A DNA stretch of 64,000 bases from Gemmatimonadales bacterium (GTDB lineage: Bacteria > Gemmatimonadota > Gemmatimonadetes > Gemmatimonadales > GWC2-71-9). The translations under genes and the position numbers were made by a program. The stretch covers positions 983 through 64,982 of the forward strand of contig DATEGE010000005.1 of NCBI GenBank assembly GCA_035280265.1, read 5' to 3'. The notes beneath the pieces are model-generated. The model saw nothing but the letters and a program-made list of their open reading frames with translations. It had not been told where the DNA came from and ran no database searches. Shown here one piece after another: positions 43,417 to 55,884 of the stretch. How positions within the stretch are numbered: the stretch's first letter is position 1; each line of letters begins with the position of its first letter.

Positions 43417-43860
43417 TCACACGCGGACCGCGTCAGTGAGGGCGTTCCAGGGAAGCAGCGCGCACTTGATGCGAACAGGGAACTTCGAGACGCCCGCGAG
43501 GGCGCGCAGCTCGCCCAGCGTCTTGTCTCGCGCCGCGGCTTCGTCGCCCTGCATCATGGTGCTCATGCGTTCGGCGAGGGCGAGCGCCTGCGGTACGGTC
43601 TGATTCTTCAGGAGCTGCGTCATCATCGACGCCGACGCCTGGCTGATGGAGCAGCCACGACCGATGAAGGCGACTTCCTTGATGAGGTCGCCGTCCACGC
43701 GAAGCTGCAGGTCGATCTCGTCGCCGCACAACGGATTGTTCAACGACACGGAGTGAGTGGCGTGCGACAGCGTCCCCTTGTTGCGGGGGCGGCGGTAGTG
43801 ATCGAGGATCAGCTCTTGGTAGAGAGCACTGAGCTTAGGCTCGGGCGGGGACGTATCCAA
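43417..43860 (-). CDS. sufU: SUF system Fe-S cluster assembly scaffold SufU (NifU-like N-terminal type)
   Basis: TTG 43860 is preceded by GGGAG 6 nt upstream. MDTSPPEPKLSALYQELILDHYRRPRNKG...NPLCGDEI...GRGCSISQASASMM...KCALLPW. It overlaps sufS by 26 nt. The track start (44013) is over-extended. Confidence 0.85.
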   Translation of the reverse strand: MDTSPPEPKLSALYQELILDHYRRPRNKGTLSHATHSVSLNNPLCGDEIDLQLRVDGDLIKEVAFIGRGCSISQASASMMTQLLKNQTVPQALALAERMSTMMQGDEAAARDKTLGELRALAGVSKFPVRIKCALLPWNALTDAVRV

Positions 43861-45079
43861 ACAGGGCTCCCGCCTTGACGAGTGAGCCGGCGAGCGCCTC
43901 GACGTCGGCGAGGTCGTTGTACACGTAGAACGACGCGCGCGCCGTGGCCGCGACGTTGAGCCGTCGCATGAGTGGCTGCGCGCAGTGGTGGCCGGCGCGA
44001 ATGCAGATACCATCCTGGTCGAGGATTGTCGAAATGTCGTGCGGGTGAATGTCGCCGTAGCTGAACGACACGACGCCGGCGCGATGGCCTCCCCCGCTGG
44101 GACCGTACACCGTCACGCCCTCGATCTGGGTGAGCCGCTCGATCGCGGCGGCCGCGAGCGCCCGCTCGTGCTCGGCGATCCGCTCGAGGCCGAGCGCCTC
44201 GAGGTAGGTGATCGCTGCGGCGAGGCCAACCGCCCCCTCCACGTTCGGCGTGCCGGCCTCGAACTTGTGAGGGATCGCGTTGTAGGTGGAGTGGTCGTCC
44301 CACACCCGCGAGATCATCTCGCCACCGCCGTGGTACGGCGGCATCGCCTCGAGCAGCGCGGGCTTCGCCACCAGCGCTCCCGAACCCATCGGTCCGAGCA
44401 TCTTGTGCCCGGAAAGAGCGTAGAAGTCGCAGTCGAGCGTCTGGAGGTCTACCTTCAGGTGCGGGGTCGACTGAGCGCCGTCCACCACGACCACGGCGCC
44501 CACGGCGTGCGCCAGCCTGGCGAGTTGGGCCGCTGGATTCACCGTGCCGAGGGCGTTCGACACGTACGGGAAGGCGACGATCTTCGGTCGCGCCTCGAGC
44601 GCCCGGCCGAAGTCGGAGAGATCGATTCGGCCGTCCTCGGTGATCTCCACCATGCGCAGCGTGGCGCCCTTTTCCTGACACAGGATCTGCCACGGCACCA
44701 GGTTCGAGTGGTGATCCATGGCCGTGACCACGATGTGGTCGCCCTCCTTCACGGCCGTGCGGCCGTAGGCGCCGGCGACGAGGTTGATGGCTTCGGTGGT
44801 GCCGCGCGTGAACACGACGCCTTCCGGCCCCCACGCATTTACGAACGCTCCGATCTTCCGCCGCGCCGCTTCATACGCCTCGGTGGCGCGGATGGCGAGG
44901 TCGTACGCGCCGCGATGCACGTTGGCGTTGCTGGTCCGGTAGTAGTCGAGGATGGCGTCCAGTACCGCCTGGGGCTTCTGGGTCGTGGCGGCGTTGTCGA
45001 GGTAGACGAGCCGGCGCCCCTTCTCACGACGCTGGAGCAGCGGGAAATCGGCGCGAATGTGGGCGGCGTCGAGCATCAC
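43835..45079 (-). CDS. sufS: Cysteine desulfurase SufS
   Basis: 414-aa ORF. Motifs: VYLDNAATTQKP, NVHRGAY, FYALSGHKMLGPMGSG (PLP lysine) and RAGHHCAQPL (active-site Cys). Confidence 0.9.
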   Translation of the reverse strand: MMLDAAHIRADFPLLQRREKGRRLVYLDNAATTQKPQAVLDAILDYYRTSNANVHRGAYDLAIRATEAYEAARRKIGAFVNAWGPEGVVFTRGTTEAINLVAGAYGRTAVKEGDHIVVTAMDHHSNLVPWQILCQEKGATLRMVEITEDGRIDLSDFGRALEARPKIVAFPYVSNALGTVNPAAQLARLAHAVGAVVVVDGAQSTPHLKVDLQTLDCDFYALSGHKMLGPMGSGALVAKPALLEAMPPYHGGGEMISRVWDDHSTYNAIPHKFEAGTPNVEGAVGLAAAITYLEALGLERIAEHERALAAAAIERLTQIEGVTVYGPSGGGHRAGVVSFSYGDIHPHDISTILDQDGICIRAGHHCAQPLMRRLNVAATARASFYVYNDLADVEALAGSLVKAGALFGYVPARA

Positions 45080-46400
45080 GAGAGTCGCTCGCGTACCAGC
45101 CGGTCGAGCCGATCACGCACCCCGGGGTGCCGCATGCGCCCCAGGATCTCGGCGCCGAACCCGTAGGTGAGAATGCTGCGCGCCGCCTCCGGGGAGAGAC
45201 CGCGGCTCCGCAGGTAGTACAGCTGCGTCTCATCGATCGGGCCGACGGTCGAGCCGTGCGTGCACTTCACGTCATCCGCGTAGATCTCGAGCTGGGGCTG
45301 GCTGTCGGCGCGCGCTTCGGTGGAGAGCACCAGGTTGTTGTTGGTTTGCTTCGAGTCGGTGCGCTGCGCGCCCGGCCGAACGATGATCCGCCCGTTGAAC
45401 ACGCCGTGTGCCCGCTCGGCGAGCACGCCGTTGAAGAACTCGTGGCTCGCGCAGTGCGGCTGCGCGTGCTCGATCACCGTGTGGTGATCGGCGTGTTGCG
45501 CGCCCGACAGCAGGTACAGCCCGTTGAGGATCAGCTCGGCGCCCGGGCCATCGAGCACGGTGACGATGTCATGGCGGGCAAGCGCTGCACCCAGCGCGAT
45601 GACGTGCAGACCCAGGTAACTGTCGCGCTCCTGTCGCGAATGTGTCGTTGCGACTTGGAAGCCCTTCGCTCCCTCGCGCTGCACGCGGTACAGCTCGGCC
45701 CTCGCCCCCTCGCCCGTCACGATCTCAGTAACCGCGTTGGTCCAGTACACCCCCGTCGCGATCCCGGTAAAGGTCTCGACGATGGTGGCTTGGGCCCCCC
45801 GCTCCAGCACGATCAGGCTGCGCGGATGGGAAACGACCGGGCCGCCGGAAACGGCTTTGCCGGTCGAGAGGAAGAGCAGCTCGACCGGCCGATCGAGCGC
45901 CACGTTCGCAGGCACATGCACAAACGCACCGTCCACGAGGAACGCCGTGTTGAGCGCGGAAAACGCACTCTCGCGCCAACGCGCGTGACGGCCGAGGTGC
46001 GACTGAACGAGCTCGCGTCCGGCATCCGTCTGGAGCGCGGCGGCGAGACTGCCGGCGCGAACCCCGTCCCGCAGAGTCGCGGCGGTCGAGAGCTCGGGGA
46101 CGTGGCGACCATCGACGAAGACGACGCGATGGCCAGCCCCGAGGTTGAGGCGCTCGATCTCACGGGGACCGGGGAGGGGGAGCGCCGCACGGAGAGCGTG
46201 CGCGAGCGTGAATCCGCCCTCGGCGATCGGCGTGACGCTCGTGAAGCGCCACTCCTCCTGCTTCGTCGTGGGGAACCCCAACTCGGCGAAGCGGGCGATC
46301 GCACCCTCGCGCAGCTCCTTGAGCCACGCCGGTGCTCCCGCGGCGCCGTTCGATGCGAACGCGCGGAAATCGGCGAGGTACGGCTCGCGCGGGTCAGTCA

Positions 46401-46404
<4 letters not shown>
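45076..46404 (-). CDS. sufD: Fe-S cluster assembly protein SufD
   Basis: 442-aa ORF. It sits between sufC and sufS. The C-terminal SKQTNNNLVLSTEARADSQPQLEIYADDVKCTHGSTVG is typical. Confidence 0.85.
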
Positions 46405-47164
<760 letters not shown>

Positions 47165-47168
<4 letters not shown>

Positions 47169-48598
47169 CCGACACTCCCTTCGAGACTGATGCCGAGCAG
47201 CCGCTGCGCCTCGACCGCAAACTCCATCGGCAGCTCTTTGAAGACTTCCTTGCAGAAGCCGTTGACGATCATCGAGACCGCGTCCTCCGCCGACAGCCCG
47301 CGCTGCTTCGCGTAGAAGATCTGATCCTCGCCGATCTTCGACGTCGATGCCTCATGCTCCATGATGGCGGTGCTGTTGCGCACGTCGATGTACGGGAACG
47401 TGTGCGCCCCGCAGCGGTCGCCGATCAGCATCGAGTCGCATTGCGAATAATTGCGCGCGTGCTCGGCGCCCTTCAGAATCTTCACCAGCCCGCGATAGGT
47501 GTTCTGGCCGCGACCCGCCGAGATGCCCTTCGAGACGATGGTGGAGCGGGTGTTCTTGCCCATGTGGATCATCTTGGTGCCCGTGTCCGCCTGCTGGCGG
47601 TGGTTGGTCACGGCCACCGAATAGAATTCGCCGATCGAATCGTCGCCCTGTAAGATGCAGCCGGGATACTTCCACGTGATCGCCGAGCCGGTTTCCACCT
47701 GGGTCCAGGAGATCTTGGAGCCGCGACCGCGACAGGCGCCGCGCTTGGTCACGAAGTTATAGATCCCGCCGCGGCCCGCTTCGTCGCCCGGATACCAGTT
47801 CTGAATCGTCGAGTACTTGATGGTCGCGTGATCCAGCGCCACCAGCTCCACCACCGCCGCATGGAGCTGGTTCTCGTCGCGCACCGGCGCCGAGCAGCCC
47901 TCGAGGTAGCTGACGTAGCTCTTCTCATCCGCGATGATCAGGGTTCGCTCGAACTGCCCAGTGGACTCCGCGTTGATGCGGAAATAGGTGGACAGCTCGA
48001 GCGGGCAGCGCACGCCCTCGGGCACGTACACGAAGGAGCCGTCGGTGAACACGGCCGAGTTCAGCGCGGCGAAGAAGTTGTCGTTGTAGGGGACGACGGA
48101 GCCGAGGTATTCCCGCACCAGCTCGGGGTACTCGCGGATCGCCTCCGAGATGGCGCAAAAGATCACCCCGTGCTTCTTGAGCTCCTCGCGGAACGTCGTC
48201 GCTACGGAGACCGAGTCGAACACCGCATCCACGGCGACACCCGCGAGCCGCTTCCGCTCTTCGATCGGGATCCCGAGCTTCTCGAACGTCTCGAGCAGCT
48301 TCGGGTCGACCTGCTCGAGGCTGTCCAGCTTGGGCCGCCGTTTGGGGGCCGCGTAATAGGAGATCGCCTGGTAGTCCACGGGGCCATACTGCACGTTGGC
48401 CCAGTGGGGCTCGGGCATCTTCTGCCAGTTGTGATACGCCCGCAGCCGCCAGTCCAGCATCCACTCCGGCTCGCCCTTCTTTTCTGAAATGAGCCGGATG
48501 ACGTCGTCGCTCAAGCCGGGAGGCACGACCTCCGACTCGATATCGGTGACAAAGCCGTACTTGTACGGCTGCAGGACTTGGGCTTCGATGTCGCTCAT
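47165..48598 (-). CDS. sufB: Fe-S cluster assembly protein SufB
   Basis: 477-aa ORF. Motifs: [10 protein letters not shown] and the C-terminal [21 protein letters not shown]...[15 protein letters not shown]. Confidence 0.95.
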
Positions 48599-48743
48599 TG
48601 AGGCTCCAGAAGTCCTTTGCTAGTCGCGAGTTGCACGTGATTGATCATGCGCGACAGCGAATCCTAAGGCTTTTACTCGGGATTGTCAACGCGAGCAGCA
48701 GCGCGAGTTGCACCACGCCGCCAAACCCCCAAATTGGCGGCCC

Positions 48744-49289
48744 ATGGCCGTACGACGCATTCGCCAACTGGGCGATCCGATCCTGCGGGTCCGCTGCGAG
48801 CGGGTCCAGAACCCCAAGTCCGCCGCGACCCGACTGGTCGCGGACGACCTCCGGGACTCGCTCGCCATCGCCAAAAAGAAGTACAAGATGGGGCGGGCGC
48901 TCGCGGCACCGCAGATCGGAGCCCCGGTCCGGATCGTGTTCGTGCAAATGGACAAGCAGCGCTGGACGATGATCAATCCGGAGATCACGGATGTGGGCCC
49001 GGAGGACTTCACGGTGTGGGATGATTGCTTCTCGTTCCCCAACCTGTTGGTTCGCGTGACGCGAGCGTACGAGGTGACGGTCAGCTATACCGACTTGAAG
49101 GGCAAGCAGCGCAGCATGGACGTCAAAGGCCCGATGGCCGAGCTGCTGCAGCACGAGATCGACCACCTGGACGGCATCCTGGCGGTGGACCGCCCGAGCG
49201 GCGTGGATCCGTTTGCGCTGCGATCCGAGTGGGAGAAGCTGCACAAGCCGGAGGAGCGTTACGGTCCCCCCAAGCCGCGGGAGGTGTAA
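48744..49289 (+). CDS. def: Peptide deformylase with a divergent motif 2
   Basis: ATG 48744 (MAVRRIRQLGDPILR). Motif 1 is GRALAAPQIG and motif 3 is QHEIDHLDG. Motif 2 reads DDCFSFP where EGCLS is usual. Confidence 0.8.
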   Translation: MAVRRIRQLGDPILRVRCERVQNPKSAATRLVADDLRDSLAIAKKKYKMGRALAAPQIGAPVRIVFVQMDKQRWTMINPEITDVGPEDFTVWDDCFSFPNLLVRVTRAYEVTVSYTDLKGKQRSMDVKGPMAELLQHEIDHLDGILAVDRPSGVDPFALRSEWEKLHKPEERYGPPKPREV

Positions 49290-49310
49290 GGGAGCGCACC
49301 GCCGCTATAG

Positions 49311-50726
<1,416 letters not shown>

Positions 50727-50745
50727 GGTGCGGATAGCAGACCGT

Positions 50746-53250
50746 TCACGGACCGCGCTTGACGAAAAACTCGTAGGATGTCGTGCCGAGGCCGTAGCCG
50801 TAGATACGCGCGCGAATTATGAACCGCCCACTCGCCGGTACCGTGAACGAACCCACCGGGTAGAACGAGCTGCCGAAGACGGCGGTGTTGCTCCCCACCA
50901 GCGACGTGCCAGGTGCCGGATCGATTGCCTCCAGGACTATAGCGCTGTCGACAGAAGAAGTGACTGTGAGTCGATCGTACAGAGTGAGCTGCTCGCCCGG
51001 TGTCCCTGACGAGGTGAACTCATCGATGTCGCCGCCAGGGAAAATCGCTTCCCCTCGCACCGTGTCACCAACCGTGTACACCGCAGGGACGGTCTCGGGA
51101 GCGCGTTTGACGGGGACGACCTTGAACCAGTACGGACCAATTGGACCCGTGACGCGTAAGCCGACCACGCCTGTTGGAGGGAGAGCTAAGAGGCCGATGT
51201 CCTCTCGGGGCAGCGAGTCCTGCGTGGTCGTATCGTAGACCACCAGCCGCATCCCGTCCTGGGCGAAAACTGCGAACTCGGCCCCCGGCGTGCCCGTGAG
51301 CACGAACTCGTCCATGTCGTCCGGGTAGTCGATGCGCTCAGAACCGACGGAGTCTCCAAGGGCGACCTGGCGGGCGGCGGTTTCAGGTCTTGCGTCGAAC
51401 GGCAGGATGGCGAACCGGTACGGGCCGACCTCGGTGATGGAGTGCCCCTGTTGCCCCGGATAGATCGACACGCGGTACCAGCCGTCCGCGGCGATATCCA
51501 GCCGCGATGTACGAGTGCTGTCGAGCGATGACGAAGCCGTGGGTATGACCAGGCCGCGGAGCTGGATCGATCCATCTGGGGGTTGGATGCTCAGAGCGAA
51601 GTAGCCGTTGCCCGCGACGCCCAAGCCTTGCAGCTGGGCCACGACGTGCTGCCCCTTCCGCGCGTAGAAGACAAAGTTGTCCCAATCACCCGGCACATCG
51701 AGGGACTCCCCGGTCACCGTGTCGCCCAGCACCAGGGTGTCGCGCGTGTGTTCCGGCCTGCTCGAGATCACGTACGTGTGCACTCGATACGGACCCTTGT
51801 AGCCCGAACTGCCCCCGTTGGCGCACACGTTGAGCCGGTGGGTTCCAGACGCAATCGGGAACGTGCCAGTGCTCAAGACGAGCGGCGAGCCAGGCGGGGC
51901 CCCCTCGCAAAACTCTGCGTCCAGCTCGGCCAAGGGCCCGTTGCTCGGGCTGCCCGCGGGATCCCGCCAGGTGAAAATGTTGGCGAGACCACTCTCCGGG
52001 ACGGTCAGGGTGTACTCGTCGATGTCTCCCAAGACGTCGATCGATTCCGCGACGCTGTCGCCGAGTGTCAGGGTCGGTGGCGCTCGCTCGGGGCGGCGAT
52101 CGATGGGATAGACCTGAAAGCGATACGGCCCACGATCGCCGGCGGAGTCGGGGGACACGCCGCTCACGCGGACGGTGTAGGTCCCCGATGTGGGCAGCGC
52201 GAACCGCCCCGTTGCATGATCGCTCATGCTGGTGTCCGTCCCCACGCTCGCCACCACCAGGCCGTTGACCGTCAGCAGCAGCTCGTCCTTGGAGTCGCCG
52301 CTCATCGCCTGGAAGAAAACATTCAGCAGCTGGCCCGCCGCTCCCGTAAAATGGAACTCGTCGATGTCGCCGATCGGGGAAATCCTCTCACGCACCGTGT
52401 CCCCGATTGCAATCGTACTCGATCCCACCTCCGGCCCGGAACTCCACGGCACAACCGCCAAACGGTAAGGGCCATCGTAGTTATGCTTACTCACGTCGTC
52501 ACGTTGCGAGCTGACCGTGAGTCGATAATCCCTCGTGGCCGGTAGCACGATCAGGCCGCTCGTTTGACCATCGAGTGTTGAGTCGCCCCCCGCACTCCTG
52601 ACCACCCCCAGACGAAAGCCTGCAACCGAGTCGAGGACGGCTCGGATTATCCCAGAATTCGCAGGGCCTTCCGCTTGAAGAGTCAGAACCACTGTCTGAC
52701 CCGCCTGGCCTGCGAAGGTAAACTGGTCCAGGTCTGCAATCGTCTCTAAGATTTCGCTCTTCACCGTGTCCCCCTCGTTCATTCTCGGGGACACGGACTC
52801 CGGTGATGGGTTCACACGCTGGATGAGGAATTTGAACGAGCCCTCGCGGAGGAAGAGCTTGTCGACGAAAATCTCCATCTTACTGGCGACGTGGGCGTGA
52901 AATGCCTCGGTCCCATCCTTGAGCAGTGGAAGACCGGGGCGACTCACCACCCTGCCCAGCGGGGTCGTGAACCCGGTGTAGCCGACGCGCAACTCGAACG
53001 CTCCTGGGGCATTGGTCGGCGCCTGCTGGAAGAAGACCGCGTAATAGACGTCTGCCGGCGTCTCGAAGACATAGACGAGGGTATCGGAGGACAGGCCGAT
53101 CTGCCCAGAGACCGTGTCGCCCACGGCAACCCGAATCGCCTTTCGGTTGTCCGGGCCAATCACGTCGCTGCATGCCTGCCACACGGTCCAGGCAAACGCC
53201 CCCGCGAGGGCGGAACGGAAGACGGTTGGCCTGGTGAACCGGAAAGCCAT
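50746..53250 (-). CDS. Large secreted protein built from seven tandem PPC-like (pre-peptidase C-terminal-type) modules
   Basis: 834-aa ORF with signal MAFRFTRPTVFRSALAGAFAWTVWQAC. Seven modules of roughly 105-115 aa each carry GD[TS]V...GD[IM]DE[FY]... and end in GPYRFxVxPxxxRPE. The domain assignment is tentative. Confidence 0.7.
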   Translation of the reverse strand: MAFRFTRPTVFRSALAGAFAWTVWQACSDVIGPDNRKAIRVAVGDTVSGQIGLSSDTLVYVFETPADVYYAVFFQQAPTNAPGAFELRVGYTGFTTPLGRVVSRPGLPLLKDGTEAFHAHVASKMEIFVDKLFLREGSFKFLIQRVNPSPESVSPRMNEGDTVKSEILETIADLDQFTFAGQAGQTVVLTLQAEGPANSGIIRAVLDSVAGFRLGVVRSAGGDSTLDGQTSGLIVLPATRDYRLTVSSQRDDVSKHNYDGPYRLAVVPWSSGPEVGSSTIAIGDTVRERISPIGDIDEFHFTGAAGQLLNVFFQAMSGDSKDELLLTVNGLVVASVGTDTSMSDHATGRFALPTSGTYTVRVSGVSPDSAGDRGPYRFQVYPIDRRPERAPPTLTLGDSVAESIDVLGDIDEYTLTVPESGLANIFTWRDPAGSPSNGPLAELDAEFCEGAPPGSPLVLSTGTFPIASGTHRLNVCANGGSSGYKGPYRVHTYVISSRPEHTRDTLVLGDTVTGESLDVPGDWDNFVFYARKGQHVVAQLQGLGVAGNGYFALSIQPPDGSIQLRGLVIPTASSSLDSTRTSRLDIAADGWYRVSIYPGQQGHSITEVGPYRFAILPFDARPETAARQVALGDSVGSERIDYPDDMDEFVLTGTPGAEFAVFAQDGMRLVVYDTTTQDSLPREDIGLLALPPTGVVGLRVTGPIGPYWFKVVPVKRAPETVPAVYTVGDTVRGEAIFPGGDIDEFTSSGTPGEQLTLYDRLTVTSSVDSAIVLEAIDPAPGTSLVGSNTAVFGSSFYPVGSFTVPASGRFIIRARIYGYGLGTTSYEFFVKRGP

Positions 53251-53418
53251 GAAGAGGCACCCAGTAACTTGGTTCTAGAAACTGCTGCGTCCCGCTGCAG
53301 TTCGATAGCCCGTTTGACGGCAACATGTTGCGTCTGCGCAACATGGCCCCGAACGGCGAGAAACGGCCGCAGATTTGCTTGACACCCGCCGACCGCCCAA
53401 GCCAGCATTCGGCCACTG

Positions 53419-55884
53419 ATGGCCTCGTCCATCGTTCTGAAATTCGGCGGCACTTCGGTCGGTGACGCGGCCGCCTTCGAGCGCGTCGAGCGCATCGTTC
53501 GCTCCCACGGCGGGCCCCGCCCGGTGGTCGTGGTCTCCGCCATGAGCGGGATGACGGACGCGCTGCTCGCCGCCCTGAACGCCGCCGCCGCCGCCGGACC
53601 CGTCAATGCGCTCAACGGCCTGCGTCCCCTGCTCGAGCGACCCCGCGCGGTAGCCCGGCGGCTGCTCGCTTCCGACGCCGCTACAAACTTCCAGACCTAC
53701 CTCGACGGCACCGAGCGCGCCCTCACGGAGGTGCTGGAACGGATCGAACGGACCCCCGTCGCACGCCCCGCGCTGTACGACGAGGGCGTGGCATTCGGCG
53801 AGCAGCTCGCCGCCACGCTCCTCACCGCCGTGCTCGCCGCGCGCGGCCTCCCCGCCCGGTACGTGGATGCGCGCCGCTGCGTCGTGACGGACGAGACTCA
53901 CGGCGCCGCCGTTCCGCTGCAGCCCGACACCGAGCGGCGCACCCGTGATGAGCTGGGCCCGGTGCTCGAGCGCGGGATGGTCCCGGTCCTGGGGGGCTAC
54001 ATCGCCGCGACGCGGAGCGGGGTCACCGCCACGCTCGGCCGCGGCGGATCCGACTACTCCGCCGCGCTCGTCGGGGCCGCGCTCGGCGCCGCGGAGATCC
54101 AGATCTGGACCGACGTGAGCGGCGTGCTCACCGCCGATCCGCGTATCGTAAAGGGCGCCCGGACCATTCCGCGCCTTTCGTACGCGGAGGCCGCCGAGCT
54201 CGCTTACTTCGGGGCGAAGGTCCTGCATCCGCGCACGATCCAGCCGGCGCTCGACCGGCGCATCCCGGTGCGCATCTGTAACTCGCACGCCCCCGACGAC
54301 CCTGGTACGCTGGTGACCGCCGAGGCGGACATCTGGCCCGAGACGGTGAAGGCAATCGCGCACAAGCGGGGGGTCACGATCGTGCAAGTCACGTCCGCGC
54401 GCATGCTCGGCGCCTACGGGTTCCTGCGCTCCTTGTTCGAGGTGTTCGACCGGCACCGGACGGCGGTGGACGTCGTCGCCACCTCGGAGGTCAGCGTGTC
54501 GCTCTCCGTGGAGGAGGGCGCAACGCTGCCGCCGATTCTCGAAGAGCTGCGGCGGCTGGGCGAGGTGCGGGTGGAGCCGCACCGGGCCATCGTGTGCGTG
54601 GTGGGCGAGGGGCTGCGCCGCACACCCGGGATCGCGGCGCGCCTGTTCGATACGATCCGCGACATCAACGTGCTGCTCATCTCACAGGGCGCGTCGCAAG
54701 TGAATCTCACTTTCGTTGTGGAAGAGGCGCAGGTCGCCGAGGCCGTGGCGCGGCTCCACGCCGCCCTGCTGGAGCGCGAAGGGGCGTCGGCCCCGGTGGC
54801 CGCGGCGGGGCCCGTGGCCCGGCCACGGGCTGGCGCCGTCCCCGACGTGTTCACGCTGGCGCGCCGCCTGATCGACATTCCATCCGTCTCCGGAGACGAG
54901 GCCGGCATGGCCCGCTTCCTCGCGGGCTACTTGGGCGACCTCGGCTACCGCGTGGCGCTGACGGACGCCGTCCCCGGCCGGCCCAACCTGCTCGCCACCA
55001 CAGGTGCTCCCCCCCGCGTTGTGCTCTGCACTCACCTCGATACGGTGCCTCCCTTCATTGGGTCACAGGAAGAAGGAGACGCGATCGCCGGGCGCGGGGC
55101 GTGTGACTCCAAGGGCATCCTCGCTGCCCAGATAGCCGCCGCCGAGCGCCTGCGGGGGGAAGGCATTGCCGAGCTGGGCTTGCTGTTCGTGGTGGACGAG
55201 GAGATGGGCAGCCTCGGCGCCCGCGCCGCGAACGCGCACCCACGCGCGCGCGAGTGCCGCTACGTGATCGTGGGCGAGCCCACGGACAATAAGCTGGCCG
55301 TGGGCTGCAAAGGGTCGCTGCGCGTGGCGCTCTGCACCGAAGGCACGGGCGGCCATTCGGCCTACCCCGAGCGCGGCACATCGGCCATCGACGCCTTGCT
55401 CGATGTCCTCACCGACGTGCGCGCGTGCAGTTGGCCGCGCGATGGGTTCTTCGGAGACACCACCGTCAACATCGGCATCATCGGTGGCGGCACGCGGACC
55501 AACCTGCTCGCCACGGAGGCCCGCGCCGATCTGCATTTCCGATTGGTCGGCGACGCCGCCGTCGTGGAGCAGATGCTCGCGCGCACCGTGGCCGGGAGGG
55601 CCCGGGTCGAGTCCTTGAGCCTCACGCCCCCGGTCCGACTGTTGGGCATGCCAGGGTTCGAGCCGTGCGTCGTGGGGTTCACGACCGACACCGCCCATCT
55701 CGGGCACTGGGGGACGCCGCTGCTGCTCGGACCGGGATCGATCCTCGACGCCCACACGGCACACGAGCGTATCGCGAAGGCCGAGCTCGCCCGCGGCGTG
55801 GACTTGTACGTCCAGCTGGTTCGCTCGCTCCTCGCCGAGCCGGCCGCGGGCCAGCGGGGCGCGCTGGCGGGAGTGCGGGCGTGA
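53419..55884 (+). CDS. lysC: Fusion protein: aspartate kinase (N-terminal about 470 aa, with ACT domains) joined to an M20 ArgE/DapE-type deacylase (C-terminal about 350 aa)
   Basis: The N-terminal part has MASSIVLKFGGTSVGD, VVVVSAMSGMTDALL, LGRGGSDYSAALVGAAL and ACT-like VCVVGEGLRRTPGIAARLF. The C-terminal part has CTHLDTVPP, GRGACDSKG, LFVVDEEMGS, VGEPT and GGHSAYPERG. Confidence 0.8.
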   Translation: MASSIVLKFGGTSVGDAAAFERVERIVRSHGGPRPVVVVSAMSGMTDALLAALNAAAAAGPVNALNGLRPLLERPRAVARRLLASDAATNFQTYLDGTERALTEVLERIERTPVARPALYDEGVAFGEQLAATLLTAVLAARGLPARYVDARRCVVTDETHGAAVPLQPDTERRTRDELGPVLERGMVPVLGGYIAATRSGVTATLGRGGSDYSAALVGAALGAAEIQIWTDVSGVLTADPRIVKGARTIPRLSYAEAAELAYFGAKVLHPRTIQPALDRRIPVRICNSHAPDDPGTLVTAEADIWPETVKAIAHKRGVTIVQVTSARMLGAYGFLRSLFEVFDRHRTAVDVVATSEVSVSLSVEEGATLPPILEELRRLGEVRVEPHRAIVCVVGEGLRRTPGIAARLFDTIRDINVLLISQGASQVNLTFVVEEAQVAEAVARLHAALLEREGASAPVAAAGPVARPRAGAVPDVFTLARRLIDIPSVSGDEAGMARFLAGYLGDLGYRVALTDAVPGRPNLLATTGAPPRVVLCTHLDTVPPFIGSQEEGDAIAGRGACDSKGILAAQIAAAERLRGEGIAELGLLFVVDEEMGSLGARAANAHPRARECRYVIVGEPTDNKLAVGCKGSLRVALCTEGTGGHSAYPERGTSAIDALLDVLTDVRACSWPRDGFFGDTTVNIGIIGGGTRTNLLATEARADLHFRLVGDAAVVEQMLARTVAGRARVESLSLTPPVRLLGMPGFEPCVVGFTTDTAHLGHWGTPLLLGPGSILDAHTAHERIAKAELARGVDLYVQLVRSLLAEPAAGQRGALAGVRA

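Noticed and set aside
53251-53418. Lysine riboswitch upstream of the aspartokinase gene
   Set aside because: The region starts with GAAGAGGCACCCAGTAAC, loosely like the L-box 5' end. I could not find the other conserved cores (GAAAGGGG, GCCGAAG, CTGTCA-type segments). It needs an Rfam scan to be sure.
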